From Candidatus Latescibacterota bacterium (GTDB taxonomy: Bacteria; Latescibacterota; UBA2968; GCA-2709665), in assembly GCA_965219995.1 (NCBI GenBank), contig CBDCOX010000002.1:3648001-3712000 (forward strand): DNA of 64,000 bases, read 5' to 3'. The notes beneath the pieces were generated by a model that saw only the letters and a program-made list of their open reading frames with translations, ran no database searches and was not told the DNA's origin. Within the stretch, counting starts at the first letter, position 1. Every line of letters starts with the position of its first letter. The translations under genes were made by a program, and so were the position numbers. Below are positions 20,668-30,630 of this stretch, piece by piece.

Positions 20668-21708
20668 TCAACTCGAGAGCGTAATGAACAGCCCGGTTAA
20701 GAAGACGTTCAGAAGCGCCAGCGGCAGCAGCACCTTCCACCCCAGCCACATGACCTGATCGTACCGAAAACGGGGAAGGGTCCAGCGCACCCACAGGAAC
20801 AGGAACATGAAGAATCCGGTCTTGACCAGAAACGCGAGCACCTTGAGCAGACTCGCGCCGATTGAGGTACTTCCGGGATCCACCAGCCATGGCATATGCC
20901 AGCCGCCGAAGAACAAGGTGGCGATGACGGCCGACGCGGTAATCATATGGGCGTACTCGGCCATGAAGAACATGGCGAACTTCATGCTGCTGTACTCGGC
21001 GTGATATCCCGCCACGAGTTCCTGTTCGGATTCCGGCAGATCGAACGGCAGCCGGTTGCTTTCCGCGAACGCGGCCGCGGTAAACAGCACGAATCCCAGC
21101 GGCTGCGAGAACACGTTCCATCCCGGCAAAAAACCGAACAGCGTTCGCTCGGACTGCTGCCTGACGATTTCGTCCAGCTGTAGCGTGCCAGCGGCCATCA
21201 GAACGCCGATCAGAGACAGCCCCAGCGCGAGTTCATAGCTGATCATCTGGGCGGAAGCGCGCAACCCGCCCAGCAGGGCATACTTGTTGTTGGACGCCCA
21301 CCCGCCGAGCACCACCCCGTAGACCCCCAGAGACGCCAGCGCCAGGAGGTAAAGGATGCCGACATTTATATCGGCGATCTGCAGCCGGACCTCATGGCCC
21401 CACACGGTCATGGTATCGCCGAACGGCACGATGGCAAAACCCATCAGCGCGGGGACGAGAATGGCGGGCGGCGCGGCCAGATAGACGAAGCGGTTCACAT
21501 GCCGGGGAATCACATCCTCCTTGAACAGGAATTTCAGTCCGTCGGCAAGCGGCTGCAGCAATCCCCAGGGCCCGACACGGTTCGGACCCAGACGGTTCTG
21601 GATATACGCGCTGATTTTCCGCTCGGCCAGTACGAGATAGGCAACCGCGCCCAGCATCCCGCCGAAAACCACGATGATTTTAATGGTACTTTCTACGGCG
21701 AATTCCAT
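20668..21708 (-). CDS. nuoH: NADH-quinone oxidoreductase subunit H
   Basis: RLGPNRVGPWGLLQPLADGLK, AESNRLPFDLPESEQEL, RWTLPRFRYDQ. Confidence 0.98.
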   Translation of the reverse strand: MEFAVESTIKIIVVFGGMLGAVAYLVLAERKISAYIQNRLGPNRVGPWGLLQPLADGLKFLFKEDVIPRHVNRFVYLAAPPAILVPALMGFAIVPFGDTMTVWGHEVRLQIADINVGILYLLALASLGVYGVVLGGWASNNKYALLGGLRASAQMISYELALGLSLIGVLMAAGTLQLDEIVRQQSERTLFGFLPGWNVFSQPLGFVLFTAAAFAESNRLPFDLPESEQELVAGYHAEYSSMKFAMFFMAEYAHMITASAVIATLFFGGWHMPWLVDPGSTSIGASLLKVLAFLVKTGFFMFLFLWVRWTLPRFRYDQVMWLGWKVLLPLALLNVFLTGLFITLSS

Positions 21709-21716
21709 AAGCGCTT

Positions 21717-23330
21717 CTACGTCCCGGCTGCTTCGATTTCGACGAGTGGAGTGCCCCGGTCACCGACGTCGTCGTTCATTCCCTCAAAGGGCGCGACGGC
21801 GTTCGCAAGGTCGGCCATAACCGCTTCGATCCCGTCGTGTGCGGCATCGACCCCCATCTCCCGGTTGACATCCCGCAGGATTTCCCAGTCCGCCCGCGCG
21901 TCGCCAACGGGGGCCAGGCCCCGCCGTACACGTTGTACCCGTCCGTCGACGTTCGTAAACGTACCGTCCTTCTCGATAAACGCCGCGCCGGGCAGGACCA
22001 CGTCGGCCATCGCCGTCCAGCTGCGGGCCTGGATGTCCTGAACGACCAGAAAGTCGAGGGACCCGAGGGCCGTCTGTTCCTCGTCGGACAGCGACTCCAG
22101 CGGATCGCCGCACAGCAGGTAGAGACCCCGTATCCGCCCTTCCGCCACGCCGCGCCAGACTTCGGAGGCATCTCCGAGAGATAACCCCAACCCCTCAAGC
22201 ACCGTCTGCGCGCCGCGGGTATTGGGAGACTTGTCCCCACGAATGGTGAATCCGCCCTTGAACGCGACGTCGCCCTCGTCACTGAGTCTGGTATGGACCG
22301 CGACGGGACCGCCCGCCAGCCCGTTCGAGAAGAGCGTGCCGAACAGATAGTGCTCTTCGTTGGTCAGGTGAGCCGACGCAATCCCGGCCACGGCGCCATC
22401 TCCGTACTCCGACCGAACGCGTTCGAATCCGGCCCTCGCCGCCTTCAGCGCGACCTCCCACAGCGCAAGTTCCTGCTCCTCGCCGCGTCCGAGCATCGGA
22501 AACAGCAGGCGGTCGTCGGCATGTACATAACCCCACCCGTGGCGTCCGTCGTCACACATCCAGTATTCGTTCACGTCCGGATTCTCACGCGGCACCAGTC
22601 GGTAGATCCGTTCATTGTTGTAGTCGGCCCTGATGTTGCATCCCGCGCTGCATCCCGGGCAGATCGTGTCGACGGACTTCAGAAACCATACACGCTGTTT
22701 GAAAAGAAACGATTTGTCCAGCAATGCGCCTACCGGGCAGATATCCACGGTATTGCCCGACAATCGATTGTCCATCCTGGCGCCGGGAAACACGTCGATC
22801 TCGTTATAGACCCCCCGATTGAAGTACCCCAGTTCGCCCGTGCCGGAAACCTCGTCGCAGAACCGGATGCAGCGGGTACACCGGATGCACCGGTCGGAAT
22901 ACAACAACACGTGCCTGCCAATGTCTTTCTTGGGCTGGACCAGCTTCTTCTCGTGGTACCGGCTCTTGTCGGACCCGTACGTGTAGCTGTAGTCCTGCAG
23001 TTCGCACTCGCCGGACTGATCGCACACCGGACAGTCCAGCGGATGATTCACCAGCAGGAATTCCATCACGGCATTCTGGTTTTCCTTGACGACGTCGGAC
23101 TGCGTATCCACAACCATGCCGTCGGCGGGCATGGCGGAGCAGGAAGGTCCGAGGCTGCGCCGACCCCCCACGTCCATCTCCACAAGGCACATGCGGCAGT
23201 TTGCCGGTGCGCTGAGCCCCGGGTGGTAGCAATAGTGAGGGACGTAAATCCCGTTGTCGATCGCCGTCTGGAGCACGTTCTTTCCAGGGACGATCTCAAT
23301 TTCACTGCCATCGATCGTAAATGTCGCCAT
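21717..23330 (-). CDS. nuoG: NADH-quinone oxidoreductase subunit G (short, 537 aa)
   Basis: CRMCLVE, HPLDCPVCDQSGEC, CIRCTRC, plus CPGCSAGC...C (N7-type motif). Confidence 0.93.
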   Translation of the reverse strand: MATFTIDGSEIEIVPGKNVLQTAIDNGIYVPHYCYHPGLSAPANCRMCLVEMDVGGRRSLGPSCSAMPADGMVVDTQSDVVKENQNAVMEFLLVNHPLDCPVCDQSGECELQDYSYTYGSDKSRYHEKKLVQPKKDIGRHVLLYSDRCIRCTRCIRFCDEVSGTGELGYFNRGVYNEIDVFPGARMDNRLSGNTVDICPVGALLDKSFLFKQRVWFLKSVDTICPGCSAGCNIRADYNNERIYRLVPRENPDVNEYWMCDDGRHGWGYVHADDRLLFPMLGRGEEQELALWEVALKAARAGFERVRSEYGDGAVAGIASAHLTNEEHYLFGTLFSNGLAGGPVAVHTRLSDEGDVAFKGGFTIRGDKSPNTRGAQTVLEGLGLSLGDASEVWRGVAEGRIRGLYLLCGDPLESLSDEEQTALGSLDFLVVQDIQARSWTAMADVVLPGAAFIEKDGTFTNVDGRVQRVRRGLAPVGDARADWEILRDVNREMGVDAAHDGIEAVMADLANAVAPFEGMNDDVGDRGTPLVEIEAAGT

Positions 23331-23375
23331 CTTGATTTATCCCGGTACCCGAATGGATTTGACCTGTTTGACTGG

Positions 23376-24674
23376 TTATCGACCCTCTTCGATGTGGGCC
23401 TCGAATTCGTCCCGGAACGTCTGAACGAATCCGTGGATCGGATTTGCAAACGCCCCGCCGAAGCCGCAAATGGTCGTCAGCCTGGACGGCGGGCACAGAT
23501 AGGGCCCGACGTTGTGAGCAATGTCGAGCAACGTATCCAGGTCGCCCGGTTTCCCCTGGCCGTTCTCGATCCGCCACACGATATCCCGCGCCCATGGGCA
23601 TCCCTCGCGGCACGGCGTGCACTGCCCGCAGGACTCGTGAGCGAAGAAGACCATGAAGTTCAACAAAGCGTTGACCATGCACGAAGTTTCGTCCATCACG
23701 ATGATCCCGCCCGTGCCGAACATGCCCTGGAAGTCTCCCCCGCCCGGCGCAAGGAAATTCGACGGGTCCATCACGATATCGATCTGGTCGGGTGTCATCG
23801 GCGGCGTTGAAGCCCCGCCCGGAATCACCGCTTTCAACGCGCGACCGTCGCGCACTCCCCCAGCGAAATCCTCCACGATCTGGCGCATCGTGACGGAACC
23901 GGTTTCGAGCTCGAACATCCCCGGATTGTTCACATGGCCGCTGACGCAGAAAATAAACGTGCCGGGAAACCGTTCGCTGCCGATTCCCTTGAACCAGTCC
24001 GCCCCCCGGTTCACAATGTGGGGCACGTAGGAGAGCGTCTGGACGTTGTTTACCGTGGTGGGCCGTTCGAAAACACCCTGCTGGGCGGGAAACGGCGGTT
24101 TGGCGCGCGGCTCTGCGCGGTTGCCGTTGAGGGACTGGATCAGGCCCATTTCCTCACCGCAGATATAGGCCCCGGCGCCAGGGTGGACGTAGACCTCCAG
24201 GTCGTAGCCGGAACCCAGAATGTCCCGGCCGATATAGCCCGCCGCCCGCGCCTCCGCGATCGCCTTCTCCACGATCGTCCTGGCCTCGAACATTTCGCCA
24301 CGGATATAGACGTATGCCACGCTTACGCGCATCGCGTACGACGCGATAATGGTACCCTCGAGCATCTGATGCGGATTCTGCTCCATCAGATGCCGGTCCT
24401 TGAACGTGCCCGGCTCGCTTTCGTCGGCATTCACGCAGAGGTAACTGGGCTCGCGGGGTTCTTTCGGCATAAAACCCCATTTCACACCGGCCGGGAACCA
24501 TGCGCCGCCCCGACCGGCAAGGGAAGCCTCCCTCACCTCGTCGATCACCTCGTCCTGCGACATTCCGAAGGCCTTCCCGATGGCCGTATATCCACCATGG
24601 GCCCTGTAGACGTCGATCGACTGGAGGCCTTCGACGCCGAAGCCTTCGGTGATGATTTTGTATTCTTCAGGCAT
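23376..24674 (-). CDS. nuoF: NADH-quinone oxidoreductase subunit F
   Basis: Likely start MPEEYK; NADESEPGTFKDR, GAGAYICGEE, ESCGQCTPCREG. Confidence 0.96.
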   Translation of the reverse strand: MPEEYKIITEGFGVEGLQSIDVYRAHGGYTAIGKAFGMSQDEVIDEVREASLAGRGGAWFPAGVKWGFMPKEPREPSYLCVNADESEPGTFKDRHLMEQNPHQMLEGTIIASYAMRVSVAYVYIRGEMFEARTIVEKAIAEARAAGYIGRDILGSGYDLEVYVHPGAGAYICGEEMGLIQSLNGNRAEPRAKPPFPAQQGVFERPTTVNNVQTLSYVPHIVNRGADWFKGIGSERFPGTFIFCVSGHVNNPGMFELETGSVTMRQIVEDFAGGVRDGRALKAVIPGGASTPPMTPDQIDIVMDPSNFLAPGGGDFQGMFGTGGIIVMDETSCMVNALLNFMVFFAHESCGQCTPCREGCPWARDIVWRIENGQGKPGDLDTLLDIAHNVGPYLCPPSRLTTICGFGGAFANPIHGFVQTFRDEFEAHIEEGR

Positions 24675-24694
24675 ACGCTTTCGAATCGACTGTT

Positions 24695-25174
24695 TTACGC
24701 GGACCGGCCCAGCAGTTCGTCCAGCTTTTCCCGGGTCACGCAACGATGCAGTTCCTCGTTGATCAGGACGGCCGGCGCGCCTTCGCATGCCGCAATGCAC
24801 TCCACCTTGGCCAGCGTGAACCGTCCGTCTGCGGTGGTTTCACCCACGTCTATTTTCAGTTTTTCCTTAAGGTGTTTCGTAAGTTCGCCGGCGCCGCAGA
24901 GCGCACAGGACAGCGTGCCGCATACATGGATGACAACCTCGCCCACGGGCGCCTTGTGGAACATCGGATAGAAGCTCATCACGCCCGCCGCATGGGCGGG
25001 CGTAATATCCAGCATGTTCGCCACGTACCTCAATCCTTCGAGGGAGATGTACCCCCACTCCTTCTGCGCCAGATGCAGAACGGGAAGAATCGCCGCCTTG
25101 CGCCACTCCGGCGGATAGTGCGTGATCATCTCCTCGCACTTCTTCAAAGTCTCTTCGGAAAGCGCGATCGCCAT
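24695..25174 (-). CDS. nuoE: NADH-quinone oxidoreductase subunit E
   Basis: Likely start MAIALS; CGTLSC and CIAAC 2Fe-2S ligands. Confidence 0.96.
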   Translation of the reverse strand: MAIALSEETLKKCEEMITHYPPEWRKAAILPVLHLAQKEWGYISLEGLRYVANMLDITPAHAAGVMSFYPMFHKAPVGEVVIHVCGTLSCALCGAGELTKHLKEKLKIDVGETTADGRFTLAKVECIAACEGAPAVLINEELHRCVTREKLDELLGRSA

Positions 25175-25217
25175 ATTACGGTGTCCTGTCCTTCGAACGG
25201 TCCAATTCCGCGGACTG

Positions 25218-26990
25218 TTACCGGTCCAACTCTCCCGCAATTACGTTGATGCTGCCCAGAATGGCCACCACGTCGGCCACCATATGTCCGTGCGCCAGAT
25301 TCGGAAAGCACTGGTAGTTCATAAACGAAGGGGGTCTTACCCTCAGCCGGTACGCGGCGCCGCTCCCGTCGCTGACGATATAGAAGCCCAATTCCCCGTT
25401 CGGACCCTCCGTAGCCAGATAGATTTCTCCCGGGGGCGGCGCGATTCCGTGATGGTCCATCGTGACCTTGAAGTGGTGGATCAGCGACTCCATCCCGGTA
25501 TACACGTCGTCTTTCTCCGGAAGAATCACCTTGGCGTCGTCGACCTTTACGGCGCCTCCGGGCAGGTTGTTCACCGCCTGTTCGATAATCCGGATGCTCT
25601 GGTTCAGTTCCTCCATGCGGACCAGGTACCTGTCGTAGACGTCGCCTTTTTCGCCCACCGGAACGTCGAAGTCAAACGCTTCGTATCCCATGTAGGGCTC
25701 GGCCTTCCGCAAATCGTAGTTCACGCCGGACCCGCGTGCCATCGGACCCGTCAGATTCCACGCGATGGCGTCTTCGGCCGAGATCACGCCGATTCCCTTG
25801 GTACGGTCTATCCAGATCCTGTTGCGTGTCAGCAGCCTGTCGACCTCCCCGGCCGCTCTCGGGAACTGCGCCGTGAAGTCCGTTACCAGTTCGTGGAAAT
25901 TGTCGGGCACATCCCACCCCAGCCCGCCGACTCGCGTATAGCTGGTGGTCAGACGGGTGCCGGTGACGGCCTCGAATATATCGTACAGGCGTTCACGCTG
26001 TTCGAAGGTGTAGAGGAACACCGTCATCGCGCCGATATCCAGCGCGTGCGTGCCCAGCCAGACCATGTGGTCCGCGATGCGGGAAAGTTCCGACAGAATG
26101 ACACGGATGCACACGGCGCGCGGCGGGACTTCCAGGCCCATCATTTTTTCCACCGTCATCGCGTACCCGATGTTGTTGCACAACGGCGAGAGATAGTTCA
26201 TCCGGTCCGTGACCGTGACCCACTGGTTGTAGGTATGGTGTTCCCCCAGCTTTTCGAAGCCCGTATGCAGATAGCCTATGTCCGGAAGACACCTGGAAAT
26301 ACGCTCCCCATCCAGTTCGAGCGTGAGCCGCAGCGTCCCGTGGGTTGCCGGATGCTGGGGCCCCAGGTTCAGGACCATCCGCTCCGACGCCAGCGGGTCG
26401 TCGTCCGGTGCGTCGTCGTCCCCGAAAGGATTGCCCTCGAAACCGGGATCTTCCGGCGCGATAATGTCCCGCTCGCCCCGTCCGTTGAGCGGGTAATCTT
26501 TCCTCAGCGGGTAGTACTGAAAGTTCACCGGCATCAATATGCGCCGCAGGTCCGGATGGCCCTCGAACCGGATGCCGAACATATCGAACACTTCGCGCTC
26601 CGGCCATTCGGCGCCTTTCCACAATCCGCACGCGGAGGGGATCCCGCAGTTCTCTTCGCCAACCTTCGCCCGAAGCCGAAAGCGCTGGTTGTGAGGGTGG
26701 GAATAGAGGTGATAGACCACGTTGAACCGGACGTCAGGGCGCGGTCCGGGATACTCGGAATAGTCGACGGCCGTCACATCGGACAATCGATTGTATTCCA
26801 GGCCGGGCTCATCACGCAGAAATGCCAGCACGTCCGAAACCCGGTCCGCATCGCAGACCGCCGCCCAGTCCCCGCGGAATTCGGTAATCTCGAGGACGTC
26901 TTCCCCGAACCGTTCTTCCAGCCGTCTGGCCGTCAGGTTTCCAGCGGCGACGTCAGTCACAGTGGTTTCGTTTGTCATTTCCTGAGGCAT
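25218..26990 (-). CDS. nuoCD: Fused NADH-quinone oxidoreductase subunit C/D
   Basis: EREVFDMFGI (C), then NLGPQHPATHGTLRL, DRMNY and C-terminal GELDR (D) in one frame. Confidence 0.97.
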   Translation of the reverse strand: MPQEMTNETTVTDVAAGNLTARRLEERFGEDVLEITEFRGDWAAVCDADRVSDVLAFLRDEPGLEYNRLSDVTAVDYSEYPGPRPDVRFNVVYHLYSHPHNQRFRLRAKVGEENCGIPSACGLWKGAEWPEREVFDMFGIRFEGHPDLRRILMPVNFQYYPLRKDYPLNGRGERDIIAPEDPGFEGNPFGDDDAPDDDPLASERMVLNLGPQHPATHGTLRLTLELDGERISRCLPDIGYLHTGFEKLGEHHTYNQWVTVTDRMNYLSPLCNNIGYAMTVEKMMGLEVPPRAVCIRVILSELSRIADHMVWLGTHALDIGAMTVFLYTFEQRERLYDIFEAVTGTRLTTSYTRVGGLGWDVPDNFHELVTDFTAQFPRAAGEVDRLLTRNRIWIDRTKGIGVISAEDAIAWNLTGPMARGSGVNYDLRKAEPYMGYEAFDFDVPVGEKGDVYDRYLVRMEELNQSIRIIEQAVNNLPGGAVKVDDAKVILPEKDDVYTGMESLIHHFKVTMDHHGIAPPPGEIYLATEGPNGELGFYIVSDGSGAAYRLRVRPPSFMNYQCFPNLAHGHMVADVVAILGSINVIAGELDR

Positions 26991-27039
26991 CCGATTGCCC
27001 GTTCGTCTATGGTCAATGCTTCAGAAGCGCCGTCCGCGT

Positions 27040-27405
27040 TCAATCCCAATCCAGACCGCCCTTCCGCCAGACATACGCCAGTCCCAGCGCAAGAACGCCG
27101 AGGAATACCACCATTTCCGTAAAAATAAAGTTCCCCTGGGCCAGCAAATCCTTAAAGACAACGGCCCAGGGGTACAAAAACACGACTTCGATATCGAAGA
27201 CGATGAACAGCATCGCCACAACGTAAAACTTGACCGAAAACCGCAGTCTGGCATCGCCTACGGGAGGCACACCCGATTCATATGGCGACAATTTGACCGG
27301 ATTGGGTCGGCGGGGCCCGAACAGATGCGTTATTAACAGACTGACGGCTGCAAACCCGACGGCCACCGCCATCAGAATAACAATCGGAAGATAATCGACC
27401 AGCAT
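27040..27405 (-). CDS. nuoA: NADH-quinone oxidoreductase subunit A
   Basis: YESG, FDIEVVFLYPWA, KGGLDW. Confidence 0.97.
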   Translation of the reverse strand: MLVDYLPIVILMAVAVGFAAVSLLITHLFGPRRPNPVKLSPYESGVPPVGDARLRFSVKFYVVAMLFIVFDIEVVFLYPWAVVFKDLLAQGNFIFTEMVVFLGVLALGLAYVWRKGGLDWD

Positions 27406-27485
27406 CGTGCGCCTGGACCTCCCACATGCTCAAAAAAACGGTTCCGGAATGGCATTCATTCCGAGGACCGCTTTTCGGCGGTGAT

Positions 27486-27514
27486 AGTATATCACAAGGA
27501 TTGGCAATTGTCAA
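27486..27514 (-). promoter_or_regulatory. Sigma70-type promoter of the nuo-mrp operon
   Basis: Minus strand TTGACA-17 nt-TATACT, about 80 bp upstream of nuoA. Confidence 0.8.
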
Positions 27515-27640
27515 GGCATTACCGAAGAATCAACAGGCCCCGGCCGGGGCGTGATTTCAGGGCTGAATCCGGCCCCGGTTTCATTCGCGCCAGGCGCGAA
27601 TTCGTTCCCCCGATCCAGGGCTCGAACGGGCGATTATCCG

Positions 27641-27669
27641 TTGACACCAACGGCCGCGACGCTCATATT
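27641..27669 (+). promoter_or_regulatory. Candidate divergent sigma70 promoter
   Basis: TTGACA-17 nt-CATATT. Confidence 0.55.
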
Positions 27670-27841
27670 GTACATAAAGGCGCGGCCGGGTCGGGAACCC
27701 CGTTTCGCGTCAGACGAATGGCGACCACGGACGGTATTTGCAATCGATGCGCAGGGGTCCGGGGATCTGCGACCGGTTCGGCATAGCCGAGAGCCAACGG
27801 TACCCCGGTACAGACCGCGCCGATTCGACCAGAGAACCACC

Positions 27842-28420
27842 ATGTTTCGCAGGATTCTTTCTTCCATGTGCGCCAAATCACCTCCTCCGCCACCGCCGCA
27901 ACTGGAGATGATAAGAGATACGCTGCAGGACCTTCCGGAAATCCGGATCCCGGAAGGGTATGGGCTGCGAACGTACCGTTCGGGCGACGAAGCCGGATGG
28001 TGCGCGATCATGGAAGGAAACGTGGGGCGGGACTGGACGCCTGAAACCTGCCGTGAAAAACTCATTAACGACCCCCGCTTCCATCCGCAAAGTCTCTTTT
28101 TTGCAACCATCGATTCGCGGCTCGTCGGCTCCGCCTGCGCGTGGAGCCGGGATCTGACCGAACGCATCGTGGGGGAAGTGCATATGGTTGCCGTGCTGGA
28201 AGACCAGCGCGGGAAAGGCCTGGGCCACCTGGTCAACGCCGCCGTGCTTCATCGACTCAGAGTGCTGGGCTATCGCCAGGCCCACCTGCTCACCGACGAT
28301 TGGCGTGTCCCGGCCATCAAGAGCTATCTCACGGCAGGATTCCGGCCGCTGCACACCCACGACAGTCACGCGAAACGGTGGTCGGAGATCCTCGCCCGGC
28401 TCGGTACGCGGGGCGCTTGA
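27842..28420 (+). CDS. GNAT family N-acetyltransferase
   Basis: VAVLEDQRGKGLG acetyl-CoA motif, AIKSYLTAGF; start uncertain (27842 or 27866). Confidence 0.88.
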   Translation: MFRRILSSMCAKSPPPPPPQLEMIRDTLQDLPEIRIPEGYGLRTYRSGDEAGWCAIMEGNVGRDWTPETCREKLINDPRFHPQSLFFATIDSRLVGSACAWSRDLTERIVGEVHMVAVLEDQRGKGLGHLVNAAVLHRLRVLGYRQAHLLTDDWRVPAIKSYLTAGFRPLHTHDSHAKRWSEILARLGTRGA

Positions 28421-28527
28421 GAGTACAGCAACGCCGGGGCCCGCGGCGATCGGGAGCGCGGAAGCCCGGACACCCGGCTATCCGGATGCCGTGGGTACCG
28501 GCACGTAGCGAGCGACAGGAGTCAAAT

Positions 28528-29595
28528 ATGAAGGCCGCCATTCTCCACAGACCGCTGGCCCGTGTTTCCGTTGAAGACGTCGATATCGCCTCTCCTCGCG
28601 AAGGTGAAGTGCTTCTGGATATCGTGGGGGCGGGGGTCTGCCACAGCGATTATCATTATGTCGACGGACACGTAGCGCCTCGCGCGCTCCCCTGGGTGAT
28701 GGGGCACGAAGGCGCGGGAATCGTCCGGGAGATCGGCCCCGGCGTGACCGGTGTCAGCGTTGGCGACAGGATTATCCTGTCTCTGGACGCGATGTGCGGC
28801 CATTGCCGGAACTGCAGCCAGGGCAGCCCGGCGCTGTGCGAAACCCATCAGGGAGAGTTGCCGAGCCGCATCTCCAGGAACGGGACAACGTATTACCACG
28901 GCCGGCCCACCTACACGGAGCAGACCGTGGTATCGGCGGACGCGTGTGTGAAGGTTCCGGATCACACGGATCTCCGAAAGGCGTGTCTCATCAGCTGCGC
29001 GGTGATTACGGGTATCGGCGCCGTGGTGAATCGCGCAAAGGTGGAAGCCGGTGCGACAATGGCCGTGTTCGGCTGCGGCGGGGTCGGTCTCAATGTGATT
29101 CAGGGCGGTGTGCTTGCATCGGCCGGCAAGATCATCGCCGTGGACAAAGTGCCGTATAAACTGGAACTGGCCGAGCAGTTCGGCGCCACGCATCTCGTCG
29201 ACGCGGAAAGGGAAGATCCGGTTCGACGGATTCTGGAGATTACCGGGGGCGGCGCGGATTACGCCTTCGAGGTGGTCGGATTCCCGGCGCTGGTTCGGCA
29301 GGCGTTCGCATCGGTCCGAACGAGCGGTACCGCGGTCGTGGTTGGGGTACAGCCAGCCGGCCAGGACATATCCGTAGACGGCGAGGACCTGTTGCGGGAC
29401 CGCGCCGTGATGGGGTCGTGGCACGGCGCCGCCCGCGCCCGCGTGGATTTCCTCTGGATTCTGGATCTGTATCGGCAGGGGAAGATCAAGCTGGACGAGC
29501 TGATTTCCCGCTATCGTCCGCTGGACGAGATCAACGAGGCATTCGAAGACATGGTTCAGGGGAAGGTGGCGCGCACGGTGCTGGTTTTTGACTGA
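28528..29595 (+). CDS. Zn-dependent alcohol dehydrogenase (class III-like)
   Basis: MKAAIL start after AGGAG; GVCHSD, GHEGAG, CGHCRNC...C, GCGGVG. Confidence 0.93.
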   Translation: MKAAILHRPLARVSVEDVDIASPREGEVLLDIVGAGVCHSDYHYVDGHVAPRALPWVMGHEGAGIVREIGPGVTGVSVGDRIILSLDAMCGHCRNCSQGSPALCETHQGELPSRISRNGTTYYHGRPTYTEQTVVSADACVKVPDHTDLRKACLISCAVITGIGAVVNRAKVEAGATMAVFGCGGVGLNVIQGGVLASAGKIIAVDKVPYKLELAEQFGATHLVDAEREDPVRRILEITGGGADYAFEVVGFPALVRQAFASVRTSGTAVVVGVQPAGQDISVDGEDLLRDRAVMGSWHGAARARVDFLWILDLYRQGKIKLDELISRYRPLDEINEAFEDMVQGKVARTVLVFD

Positions 29596-29692
29596 GGGGC
29601 TTTGCAGGCGTTTATTATGGGCCGACGTCGACGATAGGAACCGTCAGAAAGAGATTTGACTTTCTTTGCATGCCGGACAGAGGAGAAATATC

Positions 29693-30538
29693 GTGTCGAC
29701 CTTAAGTGAGACAAGTCTTCCGACCGTTCCGTTCGGAGCCTATCGGATCAGCCGGCTCATTATGGGCGACAATCCGATCTACGGATATTCACATTTCAAT
29801 CAGTTGCTGTCGGGCCATCAGAAAGAAGCCAATACCTCCGATCAGGTTATCGCGACCCTGCGGCGCGCGGAAGAAGTGGGGATCAACGCCTGGCAAAACT
29901 CCCTGACCGTACGTTCGGCCGCCGATCTTCAGCGATACCGCGACGAGGGAGGTACGATTCATTACTTCTGCCTCAGCCCGGGCGGATTGTGGTACGACGA
30001 CCCCTCCCAGGTCGACGTCGCCGCCGGACACCGTCCGATCGGGATGGCGCCCCACGGAAGCGGTGTTGCCGGACGGTGTCTTCAGGAGAACCGTCTCGAC
30101 CATCTCCGCGACATTCTCAAGCGGATTCGTGACACCGGCGTCATGGTCGGGTTGTCGATCCACAATCCCCGTATAATCGAAATCGCGGAAGAAGAAGATT
30201 GGGATATCGACTATTACATGACCGCGCTCTATTATCTGCAGGGCGCCCAGGAGGAATTCGAACAAAAATTCGGCTATGCGCCCCTCGGCGAAATCTACCT
30301 CCGCGAACACCGCGACCGCATGTGTGGCATCATTCGCAATACCGCCAAACCATGCATTGTCTTCAAAGTCCTGGCGGCCGGACGCGCCATTGGCTCCAGG
30401 AACCGGATTCGCGAAGAATTCGCCTTTACCTTGAGCAATATCAAACCCATCGATATTCTTCTGGTGGGGATGTACCAGAAATTCGGCGATCAGCTTGGCG
30501 AGAATGCGGCGATGGTCGCCGAGTTGTGTCAGGGATAG
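29693..30538 (+). CDS. Hypothetical TIM-barrel/aldo-keto-reductase-like protein
   Basis: GTG start after GAGGAG; ISRLIMGDNP and FKVLAAGR resemble AKR-fold elements; function unclear. Confidence 0.65.
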   Translation: MSTLSETSLPTVPFGAYRISRLIMGDNPIYGYSHFNQLLSGHQKEANTSDQVIATLRRAEEVGINAWQNSLTVRSAADLQRYRDEGGTIHYFCLSPGGLWYDDPSQVDVAAGHRPIGMAPHGSGVAGRCLQENRLDHLRDILKRIRDTGVMVGLSIHNPRIIEIAEEEDWDIDYYMTALYYLQGAQEEFEQKFGYAPLGEIYLREHRDRMCGIIRNTAKPCIVFKVLAAGRAIGSRNRIREEFAFTLSNIKPIDILLVGMYQKFGDQLGENAAMVAELCQG

Positions 30539-30630
30539 TTCGTCCGTTGGCGGCGGGGACTTAACGTCCGCAATGCGATCAAGTCCCAACCTGGTAACAA
30601 TGAGAATCTCGTGCGCCGATTCAGTCGAGA

